DNA of 64,000 nt, taken from assembly GCA_003153375.1 (NCBI GenBank), contig PLYM01000064.1, forward strand, positions 6,449 to 70,448, read 5' to 3'. This stretch comes from Planctomycetaceae bacterium. Lineage in GTDB: Bacteria > Planctomycetota > Planctomycetia > Pirellulales > PALSA-1355. Position numbers and translations under genes: made by a program. Of this stretch, positions 49,678 through 59,570 are shown piece after piece. Position 1 is the stretch's first letter, and each line of letters opens with the position of its first letter. The notes under the pieces are model-generated. The model did no database searches. It saw only the letters and a program-made list of their open reading frames with translations, and was not told the origin of the DNA.

Positions 49678-51300
49678 ATGTACCTGTTCGACAACCCCGT
49701 GTTACAGCGCGAGCTGCTGGTCAACCTGCGGATGACGCGGGCGTTTGTCCTGTTGCTCCTGTACCTGGGACTGCTGGGCCTGGTCGTGTTTTTGGCCTGG
49801 CCGCAGGAGCGGCAGCTCGACCTGACGACCAACCCCTTGGCCGCCCGGCGATTGGTGAACCTGGTCTTTTTGGGGCAGTATCTGCTGGCCTCGATGATGG
49901 CCCCCAGCTTCGCGGCAGGCGCCATCACGGGCGAAAAGGAACGTAAGAGTTACGAGATGCTGTTGGCCAGCCCGCTGCGGCCCGGCGCGATCGTGCTGGG
50001 GAAGCTGCTGGCTTCGCTCTGCCACCTCTTGCTACTGGTCTTCGCCTCGCTGCCCATCGTGATGCTGTGCCTGCCGCTGGGCGGCGTATCTCTTTATGAA
50101 GCCTTGGCGGCTTACCTGGGCCTGATTCTGTCGGTGATCACGTTCGGCATGATCAGCCTGGCGGCCAGCAGCTATTTCCGCCGTACCTCGGCGTCACTGG
50201 TCGTGGCTTATCTCGTGATCCTGCCTCTGGCATTGTTGGGCGTGGCCTGCTGGATGGCACTGGAAAACCAAGGTTCGCTACGGCTGATGATGACGGTCAC
50301 CGTATTGCCGGCAGCCTGCGCGTTGATTTGCATTTTCCTGTTCCGCGAGACCGCGGCCCGCATGCTCCACCCGCCCGACGTCGGCAGCGAGGGCAAGGAA
50401 GTCGTCGACCTGGACGTCGAGGCCAAAGAGGCGATGGGGCTGGTGATTCGCAGCGATCAGTTTCCCGATCGGCTGTTCGCCCCGGCCAAACGCACCGATC
50501 TGCTCGAAGACGGCACGAACCCGGTTTACGACAAGGAAATGCGCAGCGAGATCTTCAGCCAGGGCACGCTCATGCTGCGTGTCGTGATTCAGATCAGCAT
50601 GCTGCTGGCGATTCCGCTGATGGCCTTCTTCCTGTATGCGTTTCCCGATCTGGCGCCTTGGTACATTTCCTATGTCATCGGTTTCAACATGCTGGTCGGA
50701 CCGGTATTCTCGGCCGGCAGCGTGACCAGCGAGCGCGAACGCGAGACGCTCGACCTGTTGCTGACCACGATCCTTTCGCCCTGGCAAATCTTGTCGGCCA
50801 AGCTCATTTCCGGATTGCGGGTTTCCAGCGTGTTGACGATGTTCTTGCTGTGGCCGTTGGTGTTGGCCATCGTGATGGTCAACACCTACTGGACGAACCT
50901 GCCGATCGTGCTGGGCTACATCGTGATCGTGCTAGTCGTCTGCCTGACGACGGCGACGATCGCGCTGTCGTGCTCGGTGATGTTCCAGAAGACTTCGATC
51001 AGCTTGATGACCACCTATTTGTTAATCGTGCTGCTGTTCACGCTCCCGCTGGCGGTGACATTCTTCGCAGCCACGTTCTTTCCCGACACGCGGGTCAGCG
51101 AGATCATCTCGGCGGCCAGCTTCAGCAGCCCCTTTGCGGCCGCCTTTCGCCTGCCGGTCGACACGATGATGCCGCGGTCGCAAGCCATGCCAGCCCAGTG
51201 GCTATTTTTCGGCTCGTTCGTCGCGTTCTACCTGGTGCTTGACGCCGCCCTGCTGGCCACGATGGCGTGGCTCTTTAACTATCGCTGGCGTGCCGGGTGA
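49678..51300 (+). CDS. internally duplicated ABC-2 family permease
   Basis: 540 aa, about 12 TM segments. The two halves start DNPVLQRELLVNLR / TNPVYDKEMRSEIF and carry GEKERKSYEMLLASPL / SERERETLDLLLTTIL. Confidence 0.7.
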   Translation: MYLFDNPVLQRELLVNLRMTRAFVLLLLYLGLLGLVVFLAWPQERQLDLTTNPLAARRLVNLVFLGQYLLASMMAPSFAAGAITGEKERKSYEMLLASPLRPGAIVLGKLLASLCHLLLLVFASLPIVMLCLPLGGVSLYEALAAYLGLILSVITFGMISLAASSYFRRTSASLVVAYLVILPLALLGVACWMALENQGSLRLMMTVTVLPAACALICIFLFRETAARMLHPPDVGSEGKEVVDLDVEAKEAMGLVIRSDQFPDRLFAPAKRTDLLEDGTNPVYDKEMRSEIFSQGTLMLRVVIQISMLLAIPLMAFFLYAFPDLAPWYISYVIGFNMLVGPVFSAGSVTSERERETLDLLLTTILSPWQILSAKLISGLRVSSVLTMFLLWPLVLAIVMVNTYWTNLPIVLGYIVIVLVVCLTTATIALSCSVMFQKTSISLMTTYLLIVLLFTLPLAVTFFAATFFPDTRVSEIISAASFSSPFAAAFRLPVDTMMPRSQAMPAQWLFFGSFVAFYLVLDAALLATMAWLFNYRWRAG

Positions 51301-51313
51301 GAAATCGGTCCCG

Positions 51314-52231
51314 CTAGGGATGCACACGATTGCCACCGGCCCGCTTGGCTTCGCGTAGCGCGCGCTCGGCTGCCGCAAACAGTTCGTTCGGCGCCGCGCA
51401 GTCCTGGCTGACTGCGTACCCGATGCTGACGGTTAAGGGGCTGGTGCCCGCGGGCAGCTTTTGAGCAATGACCGCCGTCAACAGCCGTTCGAGTATCGCC
51501 CGAGCATTCCCAGTCGCGACCCCGCTCAGCAGGACGCCGAACTCATCGCCGCCGATCCGCGCAATCATGTCTCCACGGCGCAACGCGCCCGCCAAAGCGG
51601 CCCCCGCCGCGCGCAGCACCCGATCACCCGCCGCCAGGCCGCCCTGATCATTCACGATCTTGAAGCCATCGAGATCAAGAATCGCCAAGCACACCGACTC
51701 CCGTGCCTTTTGCGCTCGATCCCAATAGGCGATGAGATTTCGCTCCCAAGCCCGGCGATTCGGCAACTCCGTTAGCGGATCGGTCTCGGCCAGTTCGATC
51801 GCCTGCCGCTCATTGTGCGCCATGGCATCGCGCTGGCGACGCAACCGGGACACCTCAGCCAACAACGTGCACGCCAGGCACAGTTCGCGGGTTGTGAAAT
51901 CGAGCGGCAAGATGATATCGGCCCAACCGGCGGCCGCCTCGCCAATGCCGAGCAAGGAAACCGGCGGGGGACTCTCGTTTGCCCGCTCGGCCGCATCTCC
52001 CACCCAGTGATCGAGTGCCAGTGCGGCATCCGCGCGATCGGAGATCAAGACCTCGTAGCGGTCCTTCGAGGTGGCCGACACCACTTCTGCGGAGATCGAC
52101 CTGAGCATCTCGGCCCACCGCTGCCGATCCGCCTCCTGCTGGGGCAAAAGGAGAACCAGGGGCGGCCGAGACGGGAGCATGGCCCGATTATAACCGCCTG
52201 CGAAGAGGCGCTGGACGCCCGCCGAAAACAT
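51314..52231 (-). CDS. diguanylate cyclase (GGDEF) with N-terminal receiver-like domain
   Basis: DPLTELPNRRAW and LDLDGFKIVND. RRGD then 5 residues to GGDEF (RxxD I-site plus active site). ATG 52180 (MLPSRPPLVLLL) is an alternative start. Confidence 0.85.
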   Translation of the reverse strand: MFSAGVQRLFAGGYNRAMLPSRPPLVLLLPQQEADRQRWAEMLRSISAEVVSATSKDRYEVLISDRADAALALDHWVGDAAERANESPPPVSLLGIGEAAAGWADIILPLDFTTRELCLACTLLAEVSRLRRQRDAMAHNERQAIELAETDPLTELPNRRAWERNLIAYWDRAQKARESVCLAILDLDGFKIVNDQGGLAAGDRVLRAAGAALAGALRRGDMIARIGGDEFGVLLSGVATGNARAILERLLTAVIAQKLPAGTSPLTVSIGYAVSQDCAAPNELFAAAERALREAKRAGGNRVHP

Positions 52232-52282
52232 CGTGATCGTGGCCGGAATTTCGGGGATGAAGAGCGAAAACCGGCTGCTGCT

Positions 52283-52310
52283 TTGCAGTCGCCTGCCGGC
52301 GCGTTAGAAT
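52283..52310 (+). promoter_or_regulatory. sigma70-like promoter candidate for pyrBC
   Basis: TTGCAG, a 16-nt spacer, then TAGAAT, about 135 nt upstream of the pyrB ATG. Confidence 0.2.
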
Positions 52311-52445
52311 CTCGTTCACGCGCATTTGTCGGCGGTCTTGTGTGCGGTTTATCGATCTTTTAATCGGCCCGGCCCCCTGGGCAAGGTCGGGCGTCAGCCA
52401 CGAAGGCTGCCCGTGCGCGCCGGCAATCGAGGAGGGTTGCAAATC

Positions 52446-53405
52446 ATGAGCACCGAAGTGATGGACTTGAGCGCCGTTCCCGAGACGTGGACCCGTCGGC
52501 ACTTGCTGGACGTGGAAAGCCTGTCGGCCGAAGAGATCCACGTCATCCTCGATAGTGCCGTGGCGTTCAAGGAGTCGACCGCCAATTGCACGCAAAAGAT
52601 GCCGTTGCTGACGGGGCGCACCTGCGCCAATTTGTTCTTCGAGCCTTCCACGCGCACCCGCACCAGTTTTTCGTTGGCCGCCCGGCGGTTGGGCGCCGAC
52701 ACGATTGATTTCTCTTCGACCGGCAGCAGCCTGTCGAAGGGCGAGACGTTTATCGACACGGCCAAGAACATCGAGGCCATGGGGGTCGACGTGGTGATCG
52801 TGCGGCACCGCACGCCTGGCACCGCGGAACTGCTGGCCGAAAACCTCCGTTGCTCGGTCATCAATGCCGGCGACGGAGCCCACGAACATCCGACGCAAGG
52901 ATTGCTCGATATCCTTTCGATTCGCGAGCGCCGTGGACAGATCGCGGGCCTGACCGTGGCCCTGGTGGGTGATATCGCTCATAGCCGCACCGCGCGGTCG
53001 AATATCTGGGGCTTGAAGAAACTGGGCGCTCACGTGATCGTTTGCGGACCCTCGACGCTGGTCTCGCCGCGGTGGGCCGAGTTGGGCGTCGAGGTGTCGA
53101 ACGATCTCGATGCGATCATTCCCCGCTGTGACGTGCTCAACCTGCTCCGAATTCAATTCGAGCGGCAGTCGACGCGGCCGTTCCCGTCGGTGCGCGAGTA
53201 TGCGCACTTGTATGCCATGAACCACGAGCGGCTGGCACGAGCCAAACGCGACATCCTGATTCTTGCGCCGGGCCCGATCAATCGTGGAGTCGAGATCACG
53301 CCCGACGTGGCCGATGGACCCCACTCGGCGATTCTGGAGCAAGTGACCAATGGGCTGGCCGTGCGGATGGCCGTGTTGTGGTTGATTCTCGGCGGCAACT
53401 CCTGA
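52446..53405 (+). CDS. pyrB: aspartate carbamoyltransferase catalytic subunit
   Basis: Trimmed to ATG 52446, with GAGGAGGG about 10 nt upstream. [20 protein letters not shown] and HSRTARS. Confidence 0.93.
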   Translation: MSTEVMDLSAVPETWTRRHLLDVESLSAEEIHVILDSAVAFKESTANCTQKMPLLTGRTCANLFFEPSTRTRTSFSLAARRLGADTIDFSSTGSSLSKGETFIDTAKNIEAMGVDVVIVRHRTPGTAELLAENLRCSVINAGDGAHEHPTQGLLDILSIRERRGQIAGLTVALVGDIAHSRTARSNIWGLKKLGAHVIVCGPSTLVSPRWAELGVEVSNDLDAIIPRCDVLNLLRIQFERQSTRPFPSVREYAHLYAMNHERLARAKRDILILAPGPINRGVEITPDVADGPHSAILEQVTNGLAVRMAVLWLILGGNS

Positions 53406-53433
53406 AAGAGCTGCCCGACAGCAGGAAGGGAAA

Positions 53434-54768
53434 ATGAACGTGCGAGCGAATCGTCCGCTGCTGATTGAAGGGGGACGCGTGATCGATCCCAGCCAAGGGA
53501 TGGATCGCATCACCAACCTGCTGGTCGAAGACGGGCGGATCGTCGCCTACGACGCGATTTCCACCGGCGACCAGGAAGTCTTGGATGCCTCGGATAAGAT
53601 CGTCGCGCCTGGGCTGATCGACATGCACGTACACCTTCGCGAACCCGGACGCGAGGAGGACGAGACGATCCGCACCGGAACAGCCGCGGCCGTTGCCGGC
53701 GGCTTCACGTCGATCGCCTGCATTCCCAACACCGAGCCCCCCATCGATACGCAGGCAACCGTCGAGTTCATCCGCCATCAAGCGGTGTTGGCCGACCAGT
53801 GCAACGTGTTTGTCGTGGCCTGCGTCAGCAAGAACCGCGAAGGCAAGGAACTGGCCGAGTTGGGCCAGTTGGTTCAGGCCGGCGCCGTGGCGTTCAGCGA
53901 TGATGGGGCGCCGGTCTACGACGCCGAGCTGATGCGGCGGGCGTTGGAATACTGCCGCATGTTCGATAAGCCCATCCTCAACCATGCCGAGGTCCGGGAG
54001 CTCACGCAAGGCGGCGTGATGCACGAAGGGCTGGTGTCGTTGGTCCTGGGATTGCCGGGCATGCCCAGCGTGGCCGAGGACGTGATGGCCAGCCGCGACA
54101 TCGCCCTGGCCGACGCAACCGGCGGACGCATTCACATGATGCACGTCTCGAGCGTCGGCAGCGTCGACTTGATTCGGCGAGCCAAGGGACGCGGGGTACG
54201 CGTGACCACCGAAGTCTGCCCGCATCATTTCACGCTCACTGACGACAGCCTGCGATCGTTCGATTCGAACTTCAAGATGAGCCCGCCGCTGCGTTCGCAA
54301 AAACACGTCAACGCCTGCATCGCCGGACTTGCCGATGGCACGATTGACGTGATCTGCACCGACCACGCACCGCACGCGCTGGAAAAGAAAATGCGGGAGC
54401 TCGACCAGGCCCCCTTTGGCATCGTGGGCTTGGAAACCGCCCTGGGACTGGTCGTCACGCGGCTTATCGAGCCGGGCCATTTGGATTGGCCCGCGGCGCT
54501 GGCGAAAATGACGATCAATCCGGCCCGCATCCTGGGCATCAACAAGGGGACGCTGGCGATCGGCGCCGACGCCGACATCACGGTGATCGACCCGACTGTG
54601 CGGTGGACGGTTGATCCAACGAAGTTCCGTTCCAAGAGCCGCAACACGCCGTTTGCCGGCTGGAAGCTGCAAGGCCGCGCTGACAGCGTGATCGTGGGCG
54701 GCCGAATCAAGTATCAGGCACCGGCCGAGGCGGCCGAACAGGGCCGGCGGCCCGCGCGAGCTCGCTGA
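53434..54768 (+). CDS. pyrC: dihydroorotase (class I, amidohydrolase)
   Basis: PGLIDMHVHLREPG, AFSDDG, HVSS and DHAPH. Immediately downstream of pyrB. Confidence 0.92.
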   Translation: MNVRANRPLLIEGGRVIDPSQGMDRITNLLVEDGRIVAYDAISTGDQEVLDASDKIVAPGLIDMHVHLREPGREEDETIRTGTAAAVAGGFTSIACIPNTEPPIDTQATVEFIRHQAVLADQCNVFVVACVSKNREGKELAELGQLVQAGAVAFSDDGAPVYDAELMRRALEYCRMFDKPILNHAEVRELTQGGVMHEGLVSLVLGLPGMPSVAEDVMASRDIALADATGGRIHMMHVSSVGSVDLIRRAKGRGVRVTTEVCPHHFTLTDDSLRSFDSNFKMSPPLRSQKHVNACIAGLADGTIDVICTDHAPHALEKKMRELDQAPFGIVGLETALGLVVTRLIEPGHLDWPAALAKMTINPARILGINKGTLAIGADADITVIDPTVRWTVDPTKFRSKSRNTPFAGWKLQGRADSVIVGGRIKYQAPAEAAEQGRRPARAR

Positions 54769-54774
54769 AATCGC

Positions 54775-55362
54775 ATGGCGCTCGTCATCGACGGCTACAA
54801 CCTGCTGCACGCCAGCGGTATTTTGGGCCGTGGCACCGGGCCGGGTGGCCTGGAGCGATCGCGAAGTGCCCTGCTGAATTTCCTGGCCGAGTCACTCGAG
54901 GAAAGCGAGCTCGCGCAAACCACGGTCGTCTTCGATGCCCGCGAGGCGCCGCCGGGACTGCCGCGCACGGTGAAACACCGGGGCATCACGGTACGCTTCG
55001 CCGAGCGCGGATCGGACGCCGACGAACTGATCGAGGAATTCATTCGCGCCCACTCCAGCCCGCGCCGTTTGATCGTCGTTTCGAGCGATCATCGGCTGCA
55101 TCGCGCGGCCCATCGGCGCAACGCCAAGCCGATCGACAGCGACCGCTGGTATGCCGAAACGCTTCGCAATCGCATCGACCGCTCCCGGCGGCAAGTTGGT
55201 GGTGCCAAGCCGTCTGGCCCGCCCTCGGAGGTCGAAGTGCGGTTCTGGTTGCGCAAGTTCGGCATCGACGATCCGGACGAGACGCCGTCCAGCGGGCCAC
55301 TGCCAGAGAGCCCTTTTCCGCCCGGCTATGGCGAGGACATCGCCGAGGACGAACTGGACTGA
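54775..55362 (+). CDS. NYN domain (YacP-like) protein
   Basis: MALVIDGYNLLHASG...VVFDA...GSDADELIEEFI...LIVVSSDHRL is the YacP/NYN ribonuclease-like pattern. Confidence 0.75.
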   Translation: MALVIDGYNLLHASGILGRGTGPGGLERSRSALLNFLAESLEESELAQTTVVFDAREAPPGLPRTVKHRGITVRFAERGSDADELIEEFIRAHSSPRRLIVVSSDHRLHRAAHRRNAKPIDSDRWYAETLRNRIDRSRRQVGGAKPSGPPSEVEVRFWLRKFGIDDPDETPSSGPLPESPFPPGYGEDIAEDELD

Positions 55363-55408
55363 AGAGGCCGTGCCGTGCGTCTTGCTTGGTAGACGGCGGG
55401 GCCAACCG

Positions 55409-55417
55409 TGCTAGAAT
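55409..55417 (+). promoter_or_regulatory. extended -10-like element TGCTAGAAT upstream of dps
   Basis: TG-C-TAGAAT about 52 nt upstream of the dps ATG. Confidence 0.2.
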
Positions 55418-55469
55418 TCACTCGTCTTGATATTTCCGGACCACACGTTTAGCAATGGGGAGGCGACAC

Positions 55470-56072
55470 ATGTCGACCGCGAAAACTCGCGAGATTCAAA
55501 CCCGAGCAACTCCGGTAACCGGACAAAAAGCGCACGAGATTCAAGCCTATGGGCATGTCGTCTCGATGCCAATCGCATTGGCCGAGGATGTCCGCAAAAC
55601 GAGCGCGGAAAACCTGAACCAGTTGCTAGCCGACACGATGACCTTGCGCGATCTTTACAAAAAGCATCACTGGCAGGTTTCGGGGCCGACCTTTTATCAG
55701 CTTCACTTGCTGTTCGACAAGCATTTTGGCGAGCAGAGTGAACTGATCGACCAGATCGCCGAGCGGATCATGATGCTGGGCGGCGTGAGCGTGGCCATGG
55801 CGGCCGACGTCGCCGAAATGACCAACATCCCGCGCCCGCCAAAGGGCCGCGAGGAACCGCCGGTGCAAATCTCGCGCTTGCTGCAAGCTCACGAGGTGGT
55901 GCTGCTCGAAACGCGATCGATGGCCAAGCAAGCGGCCGCTGCCGGTGACGACGGCACAAACGACCTGCTGGTGAGCAGTGTCATTCGTACCAACGAACAG
56001 CAAGTCTGGTTCGTGGCCGAACACGTCGTCGACGTGCCCCTGGCGCGTGCCAACGGCGTGGCGACCAACTAA
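55470..56072 (+). CDS. dps: Dps family DNA-protection/ferritin-like protein
   Basis: ATG 55470 preferred (GGGAGG about 7 nt upstream). LRDLYKKHHWQVSGPTFYQLHLLFDKH...DQIAERI are the ferroxidase-site helices. Confidence 0.88.
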   Translation: MSTAKTREIQTRATPVTGQKAHEIQAYGHVVSMPIALAEDVRKTSAENLNQLLADTMTLRDLYKKHHWQVSGPTFYQLHLLFDKHFGEQSELIDQIAERIMMLGGVSVAMAADVAEMTNIPRPPKGREEPPVQISRLLQAHEVVLLETRSMAKQAAAAGDDGTNDLLVSSVIRTNEQQVWFVAEHVVDVPLARANGVATN

Positions 56073-56101
56073 CGTAGCGGCCGGTGTCAGTTGTCCCGGC
56101 G

Positions 56102-57394
56102 TCAGTTGTCAAAGTTGACCGATGCCAAGGCACGGTCCGAAATATCCTTGCGGCACCAAGCGCCCTTCCAGCGGATGCACTTTACCGCCGTGTAGGCTTG
56201 CAGCTTGGCGGTGCCGATCGACGAACCCAACGCGGTGACCGCCAGCACGCGGCCACCGTTGGTGACGACTTGGCCGTCGACGCTGGCCGTGCCCGAGTGA
56301 AAGACCTTCACGTCGGGAATCTTGGCGGCTTCGTCGAGCCCGCGGATTGGGAAGCCGCGCTCGTAAGTGCCAGGATAACCCTCGCTGGCCATCACGACCG
56401 AGACCGCAGAGCGCGGATCCCACCGCAACGGCTCCAACTCCTCGAGGTGGCCGTCGACCGTGGCCTCGAGCACGTCGAGCAGATCGCTCTGCAACCGCAT
56501 CAAGATCGGCTGGCACTCCGGATCGCCAAAGCGAACATTGTACTCGAGCACCTTGGGGCCCTGATTGGTCATCATCAAGCCGGCGTAGAGCACGCCCTTG
56601 AACGGACGCCGGCCGCGCTTCATGGCGTGGACCGTCGGCACCAGCACTTGCTCTTCAATCAAGTGCAGCATGGCTTCGTCGATCAAGGGCGCGGGGCTGT
56701 AGGCGCCCATGCCGCCGGTGTTGGGCCCGGTATCGTTGTCATAGGCCCGCTTGTGGTCCTGGGCCGGCGGCAAGGTGACAATCGTGCGGCCGTCGGTAAT
56801 GGCCAGCACGCTGACTTCCTGGCCGTCGAGACGTTCTTCAATGATGATCTGGTTGCCGGCGTCGCCAAATTCCTTGTTGCGGCCGATTCGCTTGACGGCT
56901 TCGGTGGCCTCGGCCCGCGTGGCGCAAACGAACACGCCTTTGCCCGAGGCCAGGCCGTCGGCCTTGACCACCACCGGCACGTCCTCGCGCTCCTTGAGAT
57001 ACGTCGTGGCATTGTCGGCGTTGCGAAAGACTTGATAGTCCGAAGTGGGCACGTCGGCGTGCCGGAGCAGGTCCTTGCAGAAGACTTTGCTGCCTTCCAA
57101 CTCGGCCGCTGCCTTGCGCGGGCCAAAAATCCGCAGCTTGGCCTCGGTGAAGGCATCGACGATGCCCTTGGTCAGCGGCAATTCCGGCCCGACGATGGTC
57201 AGGCCGATGTCGTTCTGCTGGGCAAACTTAATCAGCCGCGGAAAGTCGGTCGAGGAAATATCGACGTTCTCCGCGTCCAGGGCCGTACCGGCATTGCCCG
57301 GCGCCACGAAAACTCGCTTGACGCGAGCGCTTTGAGATATTTTCCAGGCCAGGGCGTGTTCGCGCCCGCCGTTGCCAACAATCAGCACATTCAT
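56102..57394 (-). CDS. purD: phosphoribosylamine-glycine ligase
   Basis: MNVLIVGNGGREHALAWK, an ATP-grasp core and GPNTGGMGAY. 430 aa. Confidence 0.95.
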   Translation of the reverse strand: MNVLIVGNGGREHALAWKISQSARVKRVFVAPGNAGTALDAENVDISSTDFPRLIKFAQQNDIGLTIVGPELPLTKGIVDAFTEAKLRIFGPRKAAAELEGSKVFCKDLLRHADVPTSDYQVFRNADNATTYLKEREDVPVVVKADGLASGKGVFVCATRAEATEAVKRIGRNKEFGDAGNQIIIEERLDGQEVSVLAITDGRTIVTLPPAQDHKRAYDNDTGPNTGGMGAYSPAPLIDEAMLHLIEEQVLVPTVHAMKRGRRPFKGVLYAGLMMTNQGPKVLEYNVRFGDPECQPILMRLQSDLLDVLEATVDGHLEELEPLRWDPRSAVSVVMASEGYPGTYERGFPIRGLDEAAKIPDVKVFHSGTASVDGQVVTNGGRVLAVTALGSSIGTAKLQAYTAVKCIRWKGAWCRKDISDRALASVNFDN

Positions 57395-57458
57395 CGCACG
57401 AACTTCCGAAAGCGAATTTCAACAGAGCAACTGCGCTGGCATCATCATACCAAACCGA

Positions 57459-57489
57459 CCGCAAAACGGCAGACGGCCGGACCGGCCGT
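57459..57489 (-). terminator. possible argG terminator
   Basis: Minus strand ACGGCCGG-T-CCGGCCGT palindrome 12 nt after the argG stop, followed by CTGCCGTTTTGCGG. Confidence 0.3.
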
Positions 57490-57501
57490 GGGCGTCCGCA
57501 C

Positions 57502-58716
57502 TTAGTATGTGCGGGGGTTGACGCGGGCTTGCACGCGCACGGGCAGGCCCTGAATGCGCAGGAAGCCTTCGGCATCGCTCTGGTTATAGCTGCCCCCCCC
57601 TTCCATGCTGGCGACCCCCTCGTCGTACAAGCTCTGCGGGCTCTGGCGGCTGTTGACCATGATGTTGCCCTTGTAGAGGTTCAAGCTCACTTCGCCGGAG
57701 ACATGTCGCTGGGCCTCGCGAATAAATGCCAGCAGTGCGTCCATCTTGGCCGTGTACCAAAAGCCGTAGTACACCATCTCCGCGACCTCCGGAGCCAGCC
57801 GGTCGCGTAGGTGCAGCAAGTCGCGATCGGCCGTGAGTTGCTCGACCAACTGATGGGCTGCGTAGAGCACGGTCATGCCGGGAGCTTCATAGACGCCGCG
57901 ACTCTTCATGCCCACAAAACGGTTTTCGACGACGTCGATCCGCCCGACACCGTTGCGGCCGCCGATCTTGTTCAACTCGGTCACGGCTTCGAGCGCGCCG
58001 AGCCGCTTGCCGTTCACGCTCACCGGCACGCCGGCGGCAAAGCCAATCGTGACCTTCTCCACTTTGTCGGGCGCTTGCGTGGGCGAGACCGTCATGCCGA
58101 AATCGACCAGTTCGACACCGTTGACCGAGAGATCCTCGAGCCGGCCGGCCTCATAACTGATGTGCAGGCAGTTCTCATCCGAGCTATAGGGCTTGGCCAC
58201 GGACGCCTTCACCGGAATCTTCTTCTGTTCGCAATAGGCGATCATCTCGCGGCGACCGGGAAACAGCTTGCGGAACTTTTCCATCCGCCACGGCGCGATC
58301 AACTCGATAGCCGGGTCGAGCGCCTCGGCGGCGAGTTGAAAGCGACACTGATCGTTGCCCTTGCCGGTCGCGCCATGAGCATAGGCGGTCGCGCCCACTT
58401 CGCGAGCCACTTGCAAACAAACCTTCGAAATCAACGGGCGGGCGATCGACGTGCCGAGCAAGTAGATGCCTTCATACTTGGCCTGCCATTGCAGAACCGG
58501 AAAGGCGAAATCGCGGCACAGTTCTTCGCGGGCGTCCACACCCCGGGCACTCTTGGCGCCGCAGGCGCGGGCTTTGGCCAGCGTGGCCTCGCGATCCTCG
58601 CACGGCTGCCCCAAATCGACATAGACCGCGTGGACTTCGTAGCCTTCGTCTTGCAGCCAGCCCAAAATGACCGAAGTGTCCAACCCGCCCGAGTACGCTA
58701 ACACACAACTTGGCAT
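57502..58716 (-). CDS. argG: argininosuccinate synthase
   Basis: VLAYSGGLDTSV, AHGATGKGNDQCRF and ENRFVGMKSRGVYE. Confidence 0.95.
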   Translation of the reverse strand: MPSCVLAYSGGLDTSVILGWLQDEGYEVHAVYVDLGQPCEDREATLAKARACGAKSARGVDAREELCRDFAFPVLQWQAKYEGIYLLGTSIARPLISKVCLQVAREVGATAYAHGATGKGNDQCRFQLAAEALDPAIELIAPWRMEKFRKLFPGRREMIAYCEQKKIPVKASVAKPYSSDENCLHISYEAGRLEDLSVNGVELVDFGMTVSPTQAPDKVEKVTIGFAAGVPVSVNGKRLGALEAVTELNKIGGRNGVGRIDVVENRFVGMKSRGVYEAPGMTVLYAAHQLVEQLTADRDLLHLRDRLAPEVAEMVYYGFWYTAKMDALLAFIREAQRHVSGEVSLNLYKGNIMVNSRQSPQSLYDEGVASMEGGGSYNQSDAEGFLRIQGLPVRVQARVNPRTY

Positions 58717-58892
58717 GACACGACTCTCTCCATACTTCCTTTTATCCGAATTGGGCCATTGTCATGCTAGAGACCAATTCCGGCAAGGGCCGGTTCGCGC
58801 AAGCGGCCCCGCACCGCTTGAAGGATCGCCGCAAAGGGGCGATACTCGCGTGCAGAGTGGTCGTGCGTCGAGATGCCAACCCAGGGGGAAGA

Positions 58893-59525
58893 ATGGTCGC
58901 CGTGATCCGATCTCTGCTGCTTGCCTGTGCCGCTTTGATTCTGTTTGCCGGGCCGGTCATGGCCGACGAGGCCGATTTTCAATCGCTCTTCGACGGCAAA
59001 TCGTTCGACGGCTGGGAGGGCAATCGGCAGATTTTTCGGATCGAAGACGGCGCGATCGTTGCGGGCACGCTCGAGAAACCTATTGCGCGGAACGAGTTTC
59101 TTTGCACCCGCGAGGAATACGGTGACTTCGAACTGCGATTGAAATTCAAGCTGCTGGGCGAGGGCGTCAACGGCGGCGTGCAACTCCGCAGCCGGCGAAT
59201 TCCCAATCATCATGAAGTCAAAGGCTATCAGGCCGACTTGGGCGACGGCTGGTGGGGCTCGCTCTACGACGAGTCGCGACGCAACAAGGTTCTGGCCGCC
59301 GCCGACATGGCTGTCATCAAAAAAGTCCTCAAGCGCGACGATTGGAACGACTACACCATTCGCTGCCAGGGCCGCCGCATCCAACTCTCGATCAACGGCG
59401 AACCCACCGTCGATTATACCGAACCCGATGAAACGATCGAACAGGTCGGTCTGATCGGGGTGCAAATCCACGGCGGCAAGCCCAGCGAAGCCTGGTACAA
59501 AGACATCCGCATCCAGAAACTTTAG
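58893..59525 (+). CDS. secreted DUF1080 (3-keto-disaccharide hydrolase-like) protein
   Basis: Trimmed to ATG 58893, giving the signal peptide MVAVIRSLLLACAALILFAGPVMA. LFDGKSFDGWEG, GDFELRLKFKL, GVQIHGG and WYKDIRIQ. Confidence 0.8.
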   Translation: MVAVIRSLLLACAALILFAGPVMADEADFQSLFDGKSFDGWEGNRQIFRIEDGAIVAGTLEKPIARNEFLCTREEYGDFELRLKFKLLGEGVNGGVQLRSRRIPNHHEVKGYQADLGDGWWGSLYDESRRNKVLAAADMAVIKKVLKRDDWNDYTIRCQGRRIQLSINGEPTVDYTEPDETIEQVGLIGVQIHGGKPSEAWYKDIRIQKL

Positions 59526-59570
59526 CGCTACGGTAACCGTCGGCGGGAATTTCACACGAAGATAGTCGGC

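Noticed and set aside
52188-54810. Two long minus-strand ORFs (442 and 504 aa) opposite pyrB and pyrC
   Set aside because: The plus frames carry textbook PyrB ([13 protein letters not shown]) and PyrC (HVHLREPG, DHAPH) motifs. The minus frames are Arg/Gly-rich shadows.
56086-56110. 10-nt direct repeat GTCAGTTGTC twice, 5 nt apart, between dps and purD
   Set aside because: It is too short to distinguish from chance. The second copy is simply the purD stop region, and I can infer no function.
56084-57505. 473-aa plus-strand ORF opposite purD
   Set aside because: purD is unambiguous on the minus strand, and the plus ORF is an antisense artefact. The same reasoning rejects 28547..29770, 44466..45818, 3968..5101, 35426..36556, 32767..33876, 36474..37538, 61144..61845 and 58767..59630.
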